A stretch of DNA of 63,704 nucleotides, counting the filler, from Choristocarpus tenellus KU-1152 (taxonomy: Eukaryota; Protista; Phaeophyceae): NCBI GenBank assembly GCA_964200185.2. It is 9 parts of 9 records of this genome, joined end to end, with 100 filler letters (N's around TTAATTAATTAA, not from the genome) between each part and the next. Parts side by side here need not be neighbours in the genome. Positions count along the whole stretch, not along the records: positions 1 to 11,827 come from CAXNAD020002120.1; 8 more parts are not named here. One strand, 5' to 3'. The notes beneath the pieces were generated by a model. That model had not been told where the DNA came from. It saw nothing but the letters and a program-made list of their open reading frames with translations, and ran no database searches. The translations under genes and the position numbers were made by a program. Below, one piece after another: positions 1 to 11,927 of this stretch. Position 1 is the stretch's first letter; each line of letters begins with the position of its first letter.

Positions 1-15
1 CAGATACTTTGACCT
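1..15. mobile_element. Terminal fragment of the ~180-bp CAAAGTATCTGG MITE family
   Basis: Window begins CAGATACTTTGACCT, matching the right TIR (CCAGATACTTTGAGTC) of complete copies at 15109-15286 and 51464-51643. Confidence 0.7.
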
Positions 16-973
16 GGGAGGTAGGAGAGGTAAGCAGTGACCAAGTCACAATCAGTGTGGCGTTCCCATGCAAGGGATAGATGGTCAAAGACTGGTGCCA
101 GAGTCGATTGCCAGTGAAATTTCTCCCTGCTGCCTCTAGTGCATACCCATAGCTCTAAGTGACTCTGAGCACCTCTCAGTGAACAAAAGAGGGTATAACC
201 CTGTGCAACTCTCCACACTTGACCTCAATGCGTAACTGCTGTAGAGTATGGAAGAACAAACAATAATATAAATATTACTCAAGCCAGAAAATAGAAAGCT
301 AAGAGCAAATTAGAGATGGTACAATCCAAAACCAAGAGTTTATATCTACAGCGCATGCAACTGGCACGACCACACACATAAGACCCAGAACCTATATTGG
401 TGTCTGCAGAGAGTAATTCAGAGCTGGCACAACCCATGGTCAACAGTCCACAGCACATCATCATTATCATGTACTTGTCAGGAACAATTCTCATTTGGAA
501 TATCCTGAACATTGATGTGACAGAGACCCTCCCTACATAGGCATAAGTATTGTGCACACAGAAAATTCCCATTGTGGTCAGTCAAAGTGATGTGGTTTGA
601 GTCAGATGCACAACTGACTCATATTAACATGAACATGATCTGTGGAGTCAACCAAGAAAGCCAGGGCACTTCCTTCCCCTTCCACCCTTGCCGAAGGTTG
701 TGCAGTATTATCTGACTCTGCATGCCTTTTTGTATTACTCTCTCAAAGACAAGAAATCGTTGGACTCTAGAATGTAATATTCAGAATTCTCCAAATCTTT
801 TCGTCACCTACCATACAAGAACCTACGAGCCTTCGTGTGATACAGTGTGTAGAATGTAAATATCATTACAGTTGTAATTATCCTTGCTACACGTGTAACT
901 GTAAGTGGGGATGATTAAAATAGAGCCCATACTTCATTTATTTGTAAGTACAACATGAGCATGAGTAACAACT

Positions 974-1634
974 TTGCCAACAACTTTGCCAAGTACTTTG
1001 AAGGACAATACCACTGTGTTTTTTACTTTCGAGCATGTCCCTAAGTTCAAGCACATCAAGCCAATGCACATGTTTATCATTAGTGCACAGGTCGACGTTA
1101 CCTCTTCTGCTGTAGTCATTTCCAATAGGTCTTGCTACTGCACCAAGTGCACCTTTGGCAATGCCGTAATCTGCTAGTTACAGGGCACACCCATGCCTCC
1201 ATTGAAAGAGATCAACCTCGAGTTTTCATCTGAATACTTGGTGGGTGCCATGTACCTTCAGAGTCACCTGTTCAGAAAGAAGAGCCAGCTCATCGTGGGC
1301 AAAGTTTCCATTGTGCAGATGGAGCTATTAAAGTACAATGGGTTGGGGTTCCTGCCATTCACTGTGCTTACGAAAGGAATAGTTGAATGGAATGCCAAGG
1401 ACCACTCCAGCTATGGAGGGCAGTTCAGTGCTGGCAACAAGATGTTTGTTAAGGAAGACTTAAAGTTGGTCGGGACCAAGTTTGTTGATGGGGAGCCAAC
1501 ACTTCATCTGTTGCACACAGACAGGGTGAGCTTTGCAAATATTCACTTGCTTTTTCAAAAATGCCACAAAATTAAGTGCCGTAGATATATTTTCTAATTC
1601 AGTCCTTCATGCATACAGCGAAAGTCAATATTTC
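974..1634 (+). pseudogene. Degenerate Cys-containing ORF, possibly a DNA-transposase C-terminal region; interrupted by the hAT-type element
   Basis: ORFs 974-1177 (..KPMHMF..RSCYCTKC..) and 1193-1597 are in the same frame, separated by one stop. The overlapping frame ..SESQYF resumes as DFPPELVKSAQL* after the insertion (from 2689). Family not established. Confidence 0.3.
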
Positions 1635-2680
1635 CAGGACTTTTCACCAGGCCAGGCATTTAGCATGTCCACTGTCAGCCATAGGGCCACAGACCAGTCC
1701 ACAGCCCAGCCATGTTGAAATGGTCAATGCCCATGGACTCAGTAATACTTGAACTTGTTTGTACATGGCCAGCCAGTGACCCCTGTTGTGTTGAGCAATG
1801 ACAGCCATGGACTCGGCCATGTTAGAACACTTCTTCTATGGCCGGTCAGGTAAGATTTTTTCAACCCTTAGGTTGTCCACATCATGGCCATGCCTTCCTA
1901 TTTACCATCCACTCTACTCGTATCTTGTATACTACACTACTGTAAGTACTAAATATAGTATGTATATGTTGATATTTCTATATAATTTATATTTTTCTAT
2001 TTTAACGACTAGTAAAAATTCAAAATTAAATACAAATTCATAATTATATCCTTGGTGTTTGGGTGCCTGAGGTGATTTGTGACTTCGAGATGTAATTTGA
2101 CACTCATTCGTCAAGGGTCAAATTGCAAATAGTTTGTAAACTTTCTTTTTAATTCCACACATATATTCCTCCTCCTATTCTCACTACATTCTTCATGATT
2201 TTGAATCGAGAAAGTCCAGAGATAATTTGAAAGAGTATAATCTATGTGCACATATTGGAGGATAACTTACCCTTCAACATGTACACATACACTTTTTCAT
2301 TGTTGGGCTAGGTGTAACACATAGTGGACACGGTCTGAAAATGCCAGAGAAAAGTTGGACTGGCTGGAGGCTATGGTCCAGACATAAAAGAAGAAAGTTA
2401 GAGTGCCTGGACAGCAGACATAGACTGATAAAATTACCCAGTGGACATGATCCAAACATGTTAAAGACTGATAGGCCCAGTCTGGCCGGCGCACATAAAC
2501 CAGTACACTATCCAGTAGACATAGTCCAGACATGTTAGAGATTGTATGACCCAGTCCAGCCAGGACATGGACCGGTTTAACACCCAGTGGACATGGACCG
2601 GGATATGTTAAATAATTGTAGTACCAGTCCAGCCACTGGACAGGACAATTTTAATTTGTCGGCCCAGTGAAAAATCCCTG
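1635..2680. mobile_element. hAT-type non-autonomous element (~1.05 kb)
   Basis: Imperfect TIRs CAGGACTTTTCACCAGGCC (1635) / GGCCCAGTGAAAAATCCCTG (2661-2680). 8-bp TSD AATATTTC (1627-1634) / CATATTTC (2681-2688), 7 of 8 identical. Subterminal ~70-75-bp repeats (CCAGTGGACATG..CCAGTCCAGCC) at about 2435-2645. Confidence 0.7.
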
Positions 2681-3714
2681 CATATTTCGATTTTCCTCCT
2701 GAATTGGTCAAATCAGCTCAACTTTAAATGATCATGTGGAGGAATTTCCTACACATTCAAAGAAGACTAATATCTGTGAGCACACATATGATATTTTAAA
2801 CTTAGCAATTCATGTACATTTTTTGGTTTTGTTTGTCATTTAGAACCACATGTCAGGTAACAGACTTTGATGATGTTTTTATACTTTTCAATATTTTGAA
2901 GTACACGTCGGATAACAGACTTCAACGACATACACTTCATTTTTGTTCAGCAATTAGAAGCACACATTGGAGAACGGAACTTCACCGAAATTAGTGTAAC
3001 ATATACAATCATGGTCTCCTTACTCGCCCTCATTTCTTTCCCAAAATCACGATTTTGCACGACGCAACAGGACATGCCACTGGCTCCCCATGTAATCCCT
3101 CTTCAGGCAATTCTCATCCCTGAATTCCTACACCTTCGTCAGAACAACCTTGACAACACCTACACCCATCCTTCCTTGACAGTATTAGAGGTTCACGTGT
3201 TGTCTTCCCCAGACAACAAACACACAGAGACATTCCACACCAAATTTGGGCGAGGGAACAGTTTTGTCTTGTACACTAGTGGGTATCTATCGTATGGGGG
3301 GAAATATATGAGGTAGATGTCAATGATTCTGGGGCACTCATTTACTCTGTGGGGTACTAGGGAGAGCATGGTGACAAGTCCTTACCAACAGGGCCACGGT
3401 CCCACATGTTGGAGTAAGAGGTTGAGGAGGGCATCGAACAGCTTCAAAAGAAGAGGGAGAGCAATAAATCTCACAGTTGAAGGTGACCTTGAACACCACG
3501 TGCAAATAGATTGTTATATGCAATTTAGGGAGGTAGAGAGACTGAGGAGTATGTACTCCAGGATACATCCTCCTAGAACTGACCTTGAAGGTTGGGCCCA
3601 AGTTGGAGGAGAGAACTCTCTGCGGCAAAGGCAAGGGCAGGGGTCTGTGCTTTCGGTTGGAAGACCAGTGGATGTGAGCAACGCAATGTGTGGAATCACC
3701 AATCCCAACAAGTG

Positions 3715-3800
3715 GAGAAGGTGGGAGAGGAGCAAGTCAGCTTTCCCTATGAGGTGTGAGAAGGTGGGAGAGGAGCAAGTAAGCTTTCCCTCTGAGGTGA
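3715..3800 (+). repeat. 43-bp tandem duplication
   Basis: GAGAAGGTGGGAGAGGAGCAAGT(C/A)AGCTTTCCCT(A/C)TGAGGTG occurs twice. Confidence 0.8.
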
Positions 3801-4820
3801 AGTGGGAGAATGACGACTTGTGGAATGTCCAGTTTGTTGCAAAATGCTACAATACAGCAAAGGACACACCTCCACGCAGCTCATTCTGATCCAAGTATCG
3901 TATGATGATGGGTGCAGCAGGAGATGGTATATTCCCCCTCTTTCTCATATGCCGTGCATTCCATTTTTCTTTAATAAATATTTCTTTCTGCTGAACAAGT
4001 TGGTCATGATTGGTGTGGGGTCTCCTTGTAGCACGCTCCCAATTTTATTCCCAGACAAGCCTTCTCTCAAACAGAAATACACTAACCCACCCATGTCATT
4101 CCACAAAAACTGCAGCAAATACAGTTTTTGCATACTTGTCCTCTATTCCGCAGGCAAACATAAGACAGAATATCTACCCAGAGGATCTGTTCTTGTACAG
4201 GTGACCAAGTCCAAAGGAGAATTACCCACCAAATAGGCATCAAACTGGGATGTTTACAACACCCCATCAAGTCTCAAATAGACTAACTGAGCTAAGAACA
4301 CCTCCCCTTATAATACTATCAGCATGAAACGGTCGAACAATGGTTGTGGATCTAAGAAATGTCCAAAACACTTACATGCCAAAATACAAAATACAACTAC
4401 CCATTAAGCCTCAAATGGACAAACTGAGCTAAGACCCTCCCCCCCCCTTAAAATACTGTCAGCATGAAACGGTCAAACGGCAGTTTTGGAGACCTCCACG
4501 CGATGTATAACTGATACTTAGGATATATAGCTCAAATCGTTGCCCCTAGATTCTCTATTGGTATGTGGTGAGTGTAGGGCTGGAGTAACGGCAAAACAGC
4601 AGTTTTGGATCCATTCCAGAGCTGTGTAACTGATACTTAGGATACATAGTTCAAAATACTCCCTCTGTCCCGTCTGGGCTGTTAATTTTGTAGCTCTTCA
4701 GTATGACCCCTGATTACAAAACGAACTTTTGAGTTGGATTCCTTGGAATATTTGACATTAAACGGCTAAATTTCAAAGAATTATTCAAAGCATCAACTTG
4801 CGATCCCCGGGAGTAACTTT

Positions 4821-4910
4821 TGTTGAAACACCAGTAAACCCCTGAGCTACCGAGCAGATAGTCAGCTGACTTTCTGCTCGGTAGCTCAGGGGTTTACTAG
4901 TGTTTCAACA
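4821..4910. repeat. 90-bp near-perfect palindrome with no loop
   Basis: TGTTGAAACACCAGTAAACCCCTGAGCTACCGAGCAGATAGTCAG|CTGACTTTCTGCTCGGTAGCTCAGGGGTTTACTAGTGTTTCAACA; 2 mismatches. Confidence 0.95.
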
Positions 4911-4924
4911 GGCTCTTCCTCCAA

Positions 4925-6080
4925 GTCACGAGAGGCTCCCAAGAAGTGCGGGTTCTAAATTGGTTAAGGAGTTTGGAGTGGGAGAGAGACAACCTAGATG
5001 GGTGTTGGTGTACGTCAAAGAACAGTTAGATGGGGAATAACATATCCCTGAAATCACAAGCACGATCTGAACGGGCATTGAACTTTACGCCAACAAAACA
5101 AGCCAAGGTACGGAAAATCAACTCCAGTAATCGCACGCTGACTATCAACCAACTTTCTGCCAAGGTTGTCGAAGCGGACCTCGCAGTTGGCAGCTTAAAG
5201 CTTCATCGCTGGCTCAAAGTCATGGGGACAACAAGGGTTCAACGGCACATCACCCCTAGCCTTTTGTTTTCTCACCAGAAGATCAGGGTGGACTTCATCC
5301 TCTACCAGATCTCCCGCAACCGCAAAACCTACAGGACTGGCCTCAATACCATTCACATCAACGAGGCGTGGTTCTACCTCATTCGCGAACAAGAGATGGT
5401 GCACATGTTCCCGGGGGAGGACAAGGTGGGCTCAACGAAGGTGCAGCACAAGAGTCACATTCCCAAAGTGATGTTCATCTCCACCGTTTCGTGCAAGATC
5501 CTTCCCATGATTTCGACAGCAAGATTGGGATCTGGCAGGTTTGAGTGACAAAGGAGGCGCAACGGACTACAGCGTGGCACACGAAGGGTGAGGAGTATGA
5601 GGTCGATGTCTCCATCAACACTGAGTGTTACCAGGGGTGGTACACGGAGCAGCTGCTACCAGCGATCAAGGAAGAAATGCCATGACTGGAATCGGGGGGG
5701 GGCTCCATACAGCAGGACGGTGTGACCCTACATAAGGGCAAGGGAACAGTGAAGAAGCTGAACGCAGCAGGGAAGGAGGAGGATAAGAACATTAAGCACA
5801 TGACGCAGCCAGCGCAGTCGCCAGATCTCAACATCATTGATACGGGGTCTTTTGCATCTCTGAAGAGCAGGGTTTGGGCAGAGCATTACGGCACCATAGA
5901 TGAACTTGTAGAGGGGGTTTCAAGCATGTTCCACGCGTATGACGCAGACTCGCCCAAGAGGATGTGGCAGAGTCTGTTTAAGAGGTACAATTAGGTGTTA
6001 CGGCGAACGACTTCGAGGTAGAGCACATCGGGTCCAAAAAAGGGCAACGGGAGGGCGGGTTGGCTAGATCAGTCGTGTGG
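4925..6080 (+). pseudogene. Mariner transposase pseudogene (DD40D spacing; first catalytic D reads N)
   Basis: Motifs IHINEAWFYL (= IHIDEKWFYL), VQHKSHIPKVMF, IQQDG, QPAQSPDLNIID, LKSRVW. Frameshifts near 5030 and 5500; stops at 5683 and 5992. Confidence 0.9.
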
Positions 6081-8881
6081 TGACCCTGGATTGGTGGGTT
6101 GACGGTGTTGAATAAAGACGAGACATAGTTTTTTAACTTGAGATATTCCAAGGAATCCAACGCAAAGGTCCTTTTTGTAATCAGAGATCATCCCAAAAAG
6201 CTACAACTTGACGGCCCATACTTATGGACAGAGGGAGTATATCCCCTCAAGGCTCCACTGGTATGTGGTTTGTGTAGAGCGGGAATAACGACCAAACAAC
6301 AATTTTAAATTGATCACAGCAATGTGTAACTAATGCTTAGTACATATGTTCAAAATGTTGCCTATCGAGTCACCACTGGTATACAGGGAATGTTGGGTGA
6401 TAGTAATGGTAAAACAACAGTTATGGATACATCCAGGCAATATGTAAATGATACTTAGGGTATATAGTTTGAAACGTTGCTCATCAAGTCACCACTGGTA
6501 TATGGTGAGTGTAGGGCGGTAGAAACGTTCAAACAACATTTTTGGGTAAATCCAAGAGATGTGATACTGATACTTAGGATATATAGTGCAAAATGTTGCT
6601 CATCCAGTCTCAAGTGGAACGTGGTGAGTATACGACGGAGGTATCGGCCAAACAATATGTTCAGATCCATCCAAGTAATTTGTAACTGATACGTAGTACA
6701 CACAGTTCAGAACGTTGCCCCCCAAGTCACCACTACTAGCATGTGGCGAATGCAGGGCTCTAGTAACGGGAAAACAACAGATTCAGATAGACACAAGCGA
6801 TCCGTAACTGATCCTTCGGATTTATAGTTCAAAACTATGCCACTCAAGTCACCACTGGTATGTAGTAAAACTAGGGTGGGCGTAAGGGTCAAACAACAAT
6901 TCTTATTCAAACGATCCGTACCTGATACTTGGCACATATAGTTCAAAATATTCCCCTCATGTCACCACGGAATGTTGCGTGTATGTCAGGAGTAACGGGC
7001 AAAGAAAAAAATTGATTAATACCAGCGATGCGCAACTGATACTTGCGGTATGTAGTCAAAACCGTTGCCGCCCAGGACAACACTGGTATGTGGTAAGTGT
7101 AGGGCGGAAGTAACGGTAAAGTAACAGTTTTGGATCCGTCCAAGTGATGAATAACTGCACTTCGAATTACTTAGGGTATATAGTTCGAAATGCCCCTCAA
7201 GTCAATATTGGTATGTAGGGGATGTAGGGGATGTAAGGCAGTAGTAGCTGTCAAACAAGTGATTTGGATTAATACAAGCGATGTGTAGCTGGTAGTTAGG
7301 ATATGTAGTTCAGTCCATTGCCCCTCGAGTCTCCACTGATACATGGTCAATATAGGGTAGACATAACAGTCAAACATAACAGTCAAACAACAGTTTTGGA
7401 CACATCAGCGCTATGTGTAACTGATACTTCGTACATATAGCTCAAAATGTTGCCCATCGAGGAACCACTTATAAGTGGCGCATGTAGGATGGTAGTAGCA
7501 GTAAAACAACACTTCGGACACCTCCACACCACGTGTAACAGATACTTACCATATCTTCTTTAAAACGTTGCCTATGGAGTCACCACTGGTATGTGGCGAC
7601 TGCAGGGAGGTAGACACGGTCTAACAACAGTTTTGGATATATACAAGCGATGTGCAACTGATACGTAGGCTATATAGTTCGAATTGTTGCCCCTCAAGTC
7701 ACCATTGGTATGTGGAAAATGTAGTGCGTGAGTAATGGTCAAGCAACAGTTTGGGATAGACACAAGCAACATGTAACTGATACTTTAGAGGCATAGTTCA
7801 AAACGTTGCCCCCCAAGTCACCACTGGTATGTCGTGAATGCAGGGTAGGCGTAACGGTCAAACAACAGTTTTGGATTAATCCAAGCTATCTGCAACCAAT
7901 ACTTAACACATACAGTTCAAATTATTCCCCTCGCGTCACCACCGGTATGTGGTGAGTGTAGGGCGGGAATGACGTGGAAACAACAGCTTTGGATTAATAC
8001 AACCGATCTGTAGCTGATGCTTGTAAAATGCAGTCGAAACCGTTGCCACCCACCACTGGTACGATGTGAGTGTAGGGAGGTATTAACGGCCAAATAACAG
8101 TGTCGGATAGACACAAACAGTGTGTACCTGATCCGTAGTACATACACAGTTCAAAATATTTCCCTCAAGTCACCACTGGTATGTGTTGAGTGTAGGGTCC
8201 CTCGAGTTTCCACTGGTATGTGGATAATGTAGGTTGCAATGCTGGAAAAACAACAGTTATGGATAAATCCTCGCGATATATAACTGATATCTACCGTATC
8301 TTCTTCGAAATGTTACTCATGAAGTCGTCTCTGATAAGTATGGTGATTGTAGGACAGTACCAACAATCAAACAACAATTCTGAATATATATCCCAGCGAT
8401 GTGTGTAACTGATACTTGGGACATGTCGTTAAAAACGTTACCCCCCATGTCATCACCAGTATGTGGTGAGTGTAGGGTGGGAATAACGGTTAATTAGCAT
8501 TTTCGGTTCCATCCCTGCAACGTGAATCTGATGATCCGTACATATAGTTGAAAATCATATAATTCAAGTCCCCACAGGTGCGTGGGGAATGTAGAATGGT
8601 AACCAGTGTTAAACAACGGTTTGGATCCATCCAAGCAATGTGTAAGTGATACTTAGGATATATAGTCGATAACGTTGCCCCTCAACTCACCAACGGTATG
8701 TGGGGGATGTAAGGTGCACGTAAAGGTAAGACAACAGTTTTGGATACACCCAAGCGATGTGTAACTGATACTTACTGTCTTATCCAAACGTTGCCTGTCA
8801 AGTCACCATCGGTATGTGGTGAGTGTGGGGTGAGAGTAACGGTCAAACAAACAGTTTTGGATGTTATGTAAGTGATTCTTA

Positions 8882-10151
8882 TTTCCTTCGTTCGGAATTG
8901 AATGTAACATAAAAGTTGCAGTCCCATTGAAGAAACAAGATTTTAGTTTTTTTTCACACGTTCATATTTTATGGGTGTATATTGTGCAGACACTAACTAA
9001 AAGATTGGTCACCAAGATCTCAAGCAAAATGGAGCAACTTATAACTATTTTATGATCCCACCCCCAAAGCCCTCCAAAAATTCCATTCCAGCACGGTATT
9101 TCGCCGCATCCACCAGATCATTCTGGGCAGCTTGCCCGCCTTCTCAGCTTTATCCTTGCTAAGATGAGGAATTTGAAGATGGTGTCACCCTTGGGCTCCA
9201 GCACTTCACTGTAGGCAGCGAAGAGGCTCTGCCAGGCACGCCCTAGTGTCTCCCGTAGGTACACATTGAACACCTCCATTGTGACCTCCACCAGCTCCTC
9301 TATATTGGTCACCCCCACGTCTTCAGTTCCTGGATGGAATGAAAGAATCCCAAGTCATTGACGTTGAGGTGAGGTTGGGTGGACACTAAGGTCGCTCAGC
9401 GCTCCAGAAAACACTGCCCCAAGGGCACCAAGGTGTTTATGCCCACCATGGTGGACGGGGAGAGGTATAAGAAGCTCATGATCGAGGATGTCATCCCAGC
9501 AATCGAAGCCTGAATGACTAGGCCGGAAGGACGCACCATCTTCGTGCAGCATGACAGGAGCAAAGCCACATACTAATGGGGGGATCATGAACCTAACGAG
9601 GAGGTGGCGGGGGACGACATTGCCATAGGGACCCAGCCAGCCAACTCACCTCACCTCACCTCAACGTCAACGACTTGGGATTATTTCATTCAATCCAGGA
9701 ACTGAAGGAAGACGTGGGGGTGACCAATATAGAGGAGTCGGTGGAGGTCACAATGGAGGCTTTCAATGTGTACCTACAGGAGACACTAGGGCGTGCCTGG
9801 CAGAGCCTCTTCGCTGCCTACAGTGAAATGCTGGACCTAAGGGTGACAACATCTTCAAATTCTCCATCTTAGCAAGGATAAAGCTGAGAAGGCGGGCAAG
9901 CTGCCCCAGAAATGGTCTGGTGGATGCGGCAAAATATCGTGCTGGAATGGAATTCTGGAGGGCTTTGGGGGTGGGATCATAAATAGTTGTAGGCTGCTCC
10001 ATTTTGCTTGAGATCTTGGTAACCAACCTTTTAGTTAGTGTCTGCACAATATACACCCATAAAATATGAACATGTGAAAAAAAAAACTAAAATTTTGTTT
10101 CTTCATTGGGACTGAAAATTTTATGTTACATTCAATTCCGAACGAAGGAAG
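8882..10151. mobile_element. Fold-back mariner derivative made of two inverted copies of the 3' end around a transposase core fragment
   Basis: TA|TTTCCTTCGTTCGGAATTGAATG ... CATTCAATTCCGAACGAAGGAAG|TA. Arms about 8882-9378 and 9652-10151 are reverse complements, both encoding ..VGVTNIEELVEVTME..LGRAWQSLFAAYSE. The loop (+) encodes ERYKKLMIEDVIPAI, IFVQHD, QPANSP. Confidence 0.88.
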
Positions 10152-10153
10152 TA

Positions 10154-11325
10154 AGAACCACTCACACAACGATCCAAACCTGTTTGTTTGACCGTTACTC
10201 TCACCCCACACTCACCACATACCGATGGTGACTTGAGAGGCAATATTTTGAACTCTATATCTTAACTGTCAGGTACGCATCGTTGGAATAGATCCAAAAC
10301 TGCTGTTTGACCATTACTACAGCTCTGCACTCACCACACACCAGTGGTTATTTTGAGGGGCAGGGTTTTGAAATGTATGTCCTAACTATCAGTTACACAT
10401 AACTTGTGTTCTTCCAAAACTGTTGTTTGACCGTTACTACCGACATACACCAACCACATACCACTTATGACTTAAGGGGCAACATCTTAAACTATGTATC
10501 CTCAGTATCAATCAGGTACACATTCTTGATATGCAACCAAAGCTGTTGTTTGACTGATATACTACCGCCCACTCCTCACCACATACTAGTGGTGACTCGA
10601 CAGACAACGTTTTAAACTCCACATGTGAAGTATCAGTTACACATCGCTTGGATTATTCCCAAACTGTTTTTTACAATGAACACCTCTCTACATTCTCAAC
10701 CTACCAGTGTAGACTTGAAGGCCAAGGTTTTTAAACTATATATCCTAAGTATCAGTTACCCATTCCTTGTATGTGTCCAAAAGTGTTATTTGACCGATAC
10801 TACCGCCCAAACTTCACCACATGCCAGTGGTGACTTGACGGGCAACTTTTTGAACTCCATATCTGAAGTATCAGTTGCACATCGCTTGGATGCATCCAGA
10901 ACTGCTGTTTGGCAGCGAATACTGCCCTACTTTTGCACATATCAGTGAAGACTCGAGTGGGATTGTTTTGAATTATATACCCTAAATATCAGTTGAACAT
11001 TGCTTTGATGAAAACTGTGGTTCGAACGTTACTACAACCCTACACTCACCACATAGCAGTGCTTACTCCAGGAGCAACGTATTGAACTATATGCTCCAGG
11101 TATCACATACACATCACCTGAATTATTCCAAAATTGTTTTTTTCTGTGAATACTGGTCTACACTCTCAAACTAACTGTGGAGACTTGAAAGCCAATGTTT
11201 TGAACTATATATTCAAAGTATCAGTTTCGTATTCCTTGTATGGGTCCAAAAATGTAATTTGACAGATACTAACACCATATACTCACCACATACCATTGGA
11301 AATAGTGAAGACTCGATGGTCAATG
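10154..11325 (-). repeat. Same ~119-bp satellite in inverted orientation (about 10 units)
   Basis: Reverse-complement units (..CACTCACCACATACCAGTGGTGACTTGAGGGGCAACGTTTTGAACTATAT..). Confidence 0.9.
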
Positions 11326-11770
11326 TTGTTAAAGAAGCTGGTGGTTCCCAAAGGCTTTGGTATACGTACAAGACTTGGATTATTTCCTTAGTGGGTTGGA
11401 CAGTTTGTAGATGTAGTAAGGAAGGAGGAAGGAGAAGTGAGCCTTCAAGCACAACTGGGGGGGGAACTTTGTCACCAAGTCAATCCTGTTATTTGGATCA
11501 CAAAGCACTAATCACATATACTCGTTTCACTGTTTCCTATTCCTGAACCCTTCCATATTGTAAGTAGATAATGTAGAGCCGTCTTCACCATTCTAGACCG
11601 CGTCAATACATCCTCCCCCAAACATCACAACACCACCAGAAGCAGACAATCAACTCTCCTTGCAGTTAGCATAAACACCATCTGTATAGCCAATTAGTTG
11701 GCCCTTCGGTCCATTCTCGTACAAACCAAAGTCTCCAAAGGCAATGTCATCCTCTCTAGTACCTAGCAGA

Positions 11771-11827
11771 GGCTCAAAGTATCTGGGAGGGGGTGGCGGC
11801 TGTCCATTTCGAGTCAATTTTTTCATG
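11771..11827. mobile_element. ~180-bp MITE family, truncated by spacer
   Basis: GGCTCAAAGTATCTGGGAGGGGGTGGCGGCTGTCCATTT.., matching the start of the 15109 copy. Confidence 0.85.
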
Positions 11828-11927
11828 NNNNNNNNNNNNNNNNNNNNNNNNNNNNNNNNNNNNNNNNNNNNTTAATTAATTAANNNNNNNNNNNNNNNNN
11901 NNNNNNNNNNNNNNNNNNNNNNNNNNN
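11828..11927. other. Artificial contig spacer (44 N + TTAATTAATTAA + 44 N)
   Basis: Identical 100-nt linker with stops in all six frames; occurs 8 times in the window. Confidence 0.98.

Larger units (their letters stand above)
4659..6237 (+). mobile_element. Full-length plant-type (DD39D-like) Tc1/mariner element, degenerate
   Basis: TA|CTCCCTCTGTCC ... GGACAGAGGGAG|TA, i.e. Stowaway/plant-mariner TIRs with a TA TSD (4657-4658, 6238-6239). Contains a transposase relic. Confidence 0.93.
4470..8879 (+). repeat. ~119-bp tandem satellite (about 23 diverged units), interrupted by a mariner element at 4659-6237
   Basis: Recurrent consensus TCAAGTCACCACTGGTATGTGGTGAGTGTAGGGCGGTAGTAACGGTCAAACAACAGTTTTGGATACATCCAAGCGATGTGTAACTGATACTTAGGATATATAGTTCAAAACGTTGCCCC. 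Confidence 0.9.

Noticed and set aside
3317-4236. 190-aa and 138-aa plus-strand ORFs
   Set aside because: No recognisable motif, and part of the length comes from a 43-bp duplication; cannot support as genes.
6240-11325. Satellite as a CRISPR array or as a repeat-protein CDS (many short ORFs like CCLTVTTALHSPHTSGDL)
   Set aside because: The whole 119-bp unit is repeated with no unique spacers and no cas genes. 119 is not a multiple of 3, so frames rotate and contain stops.
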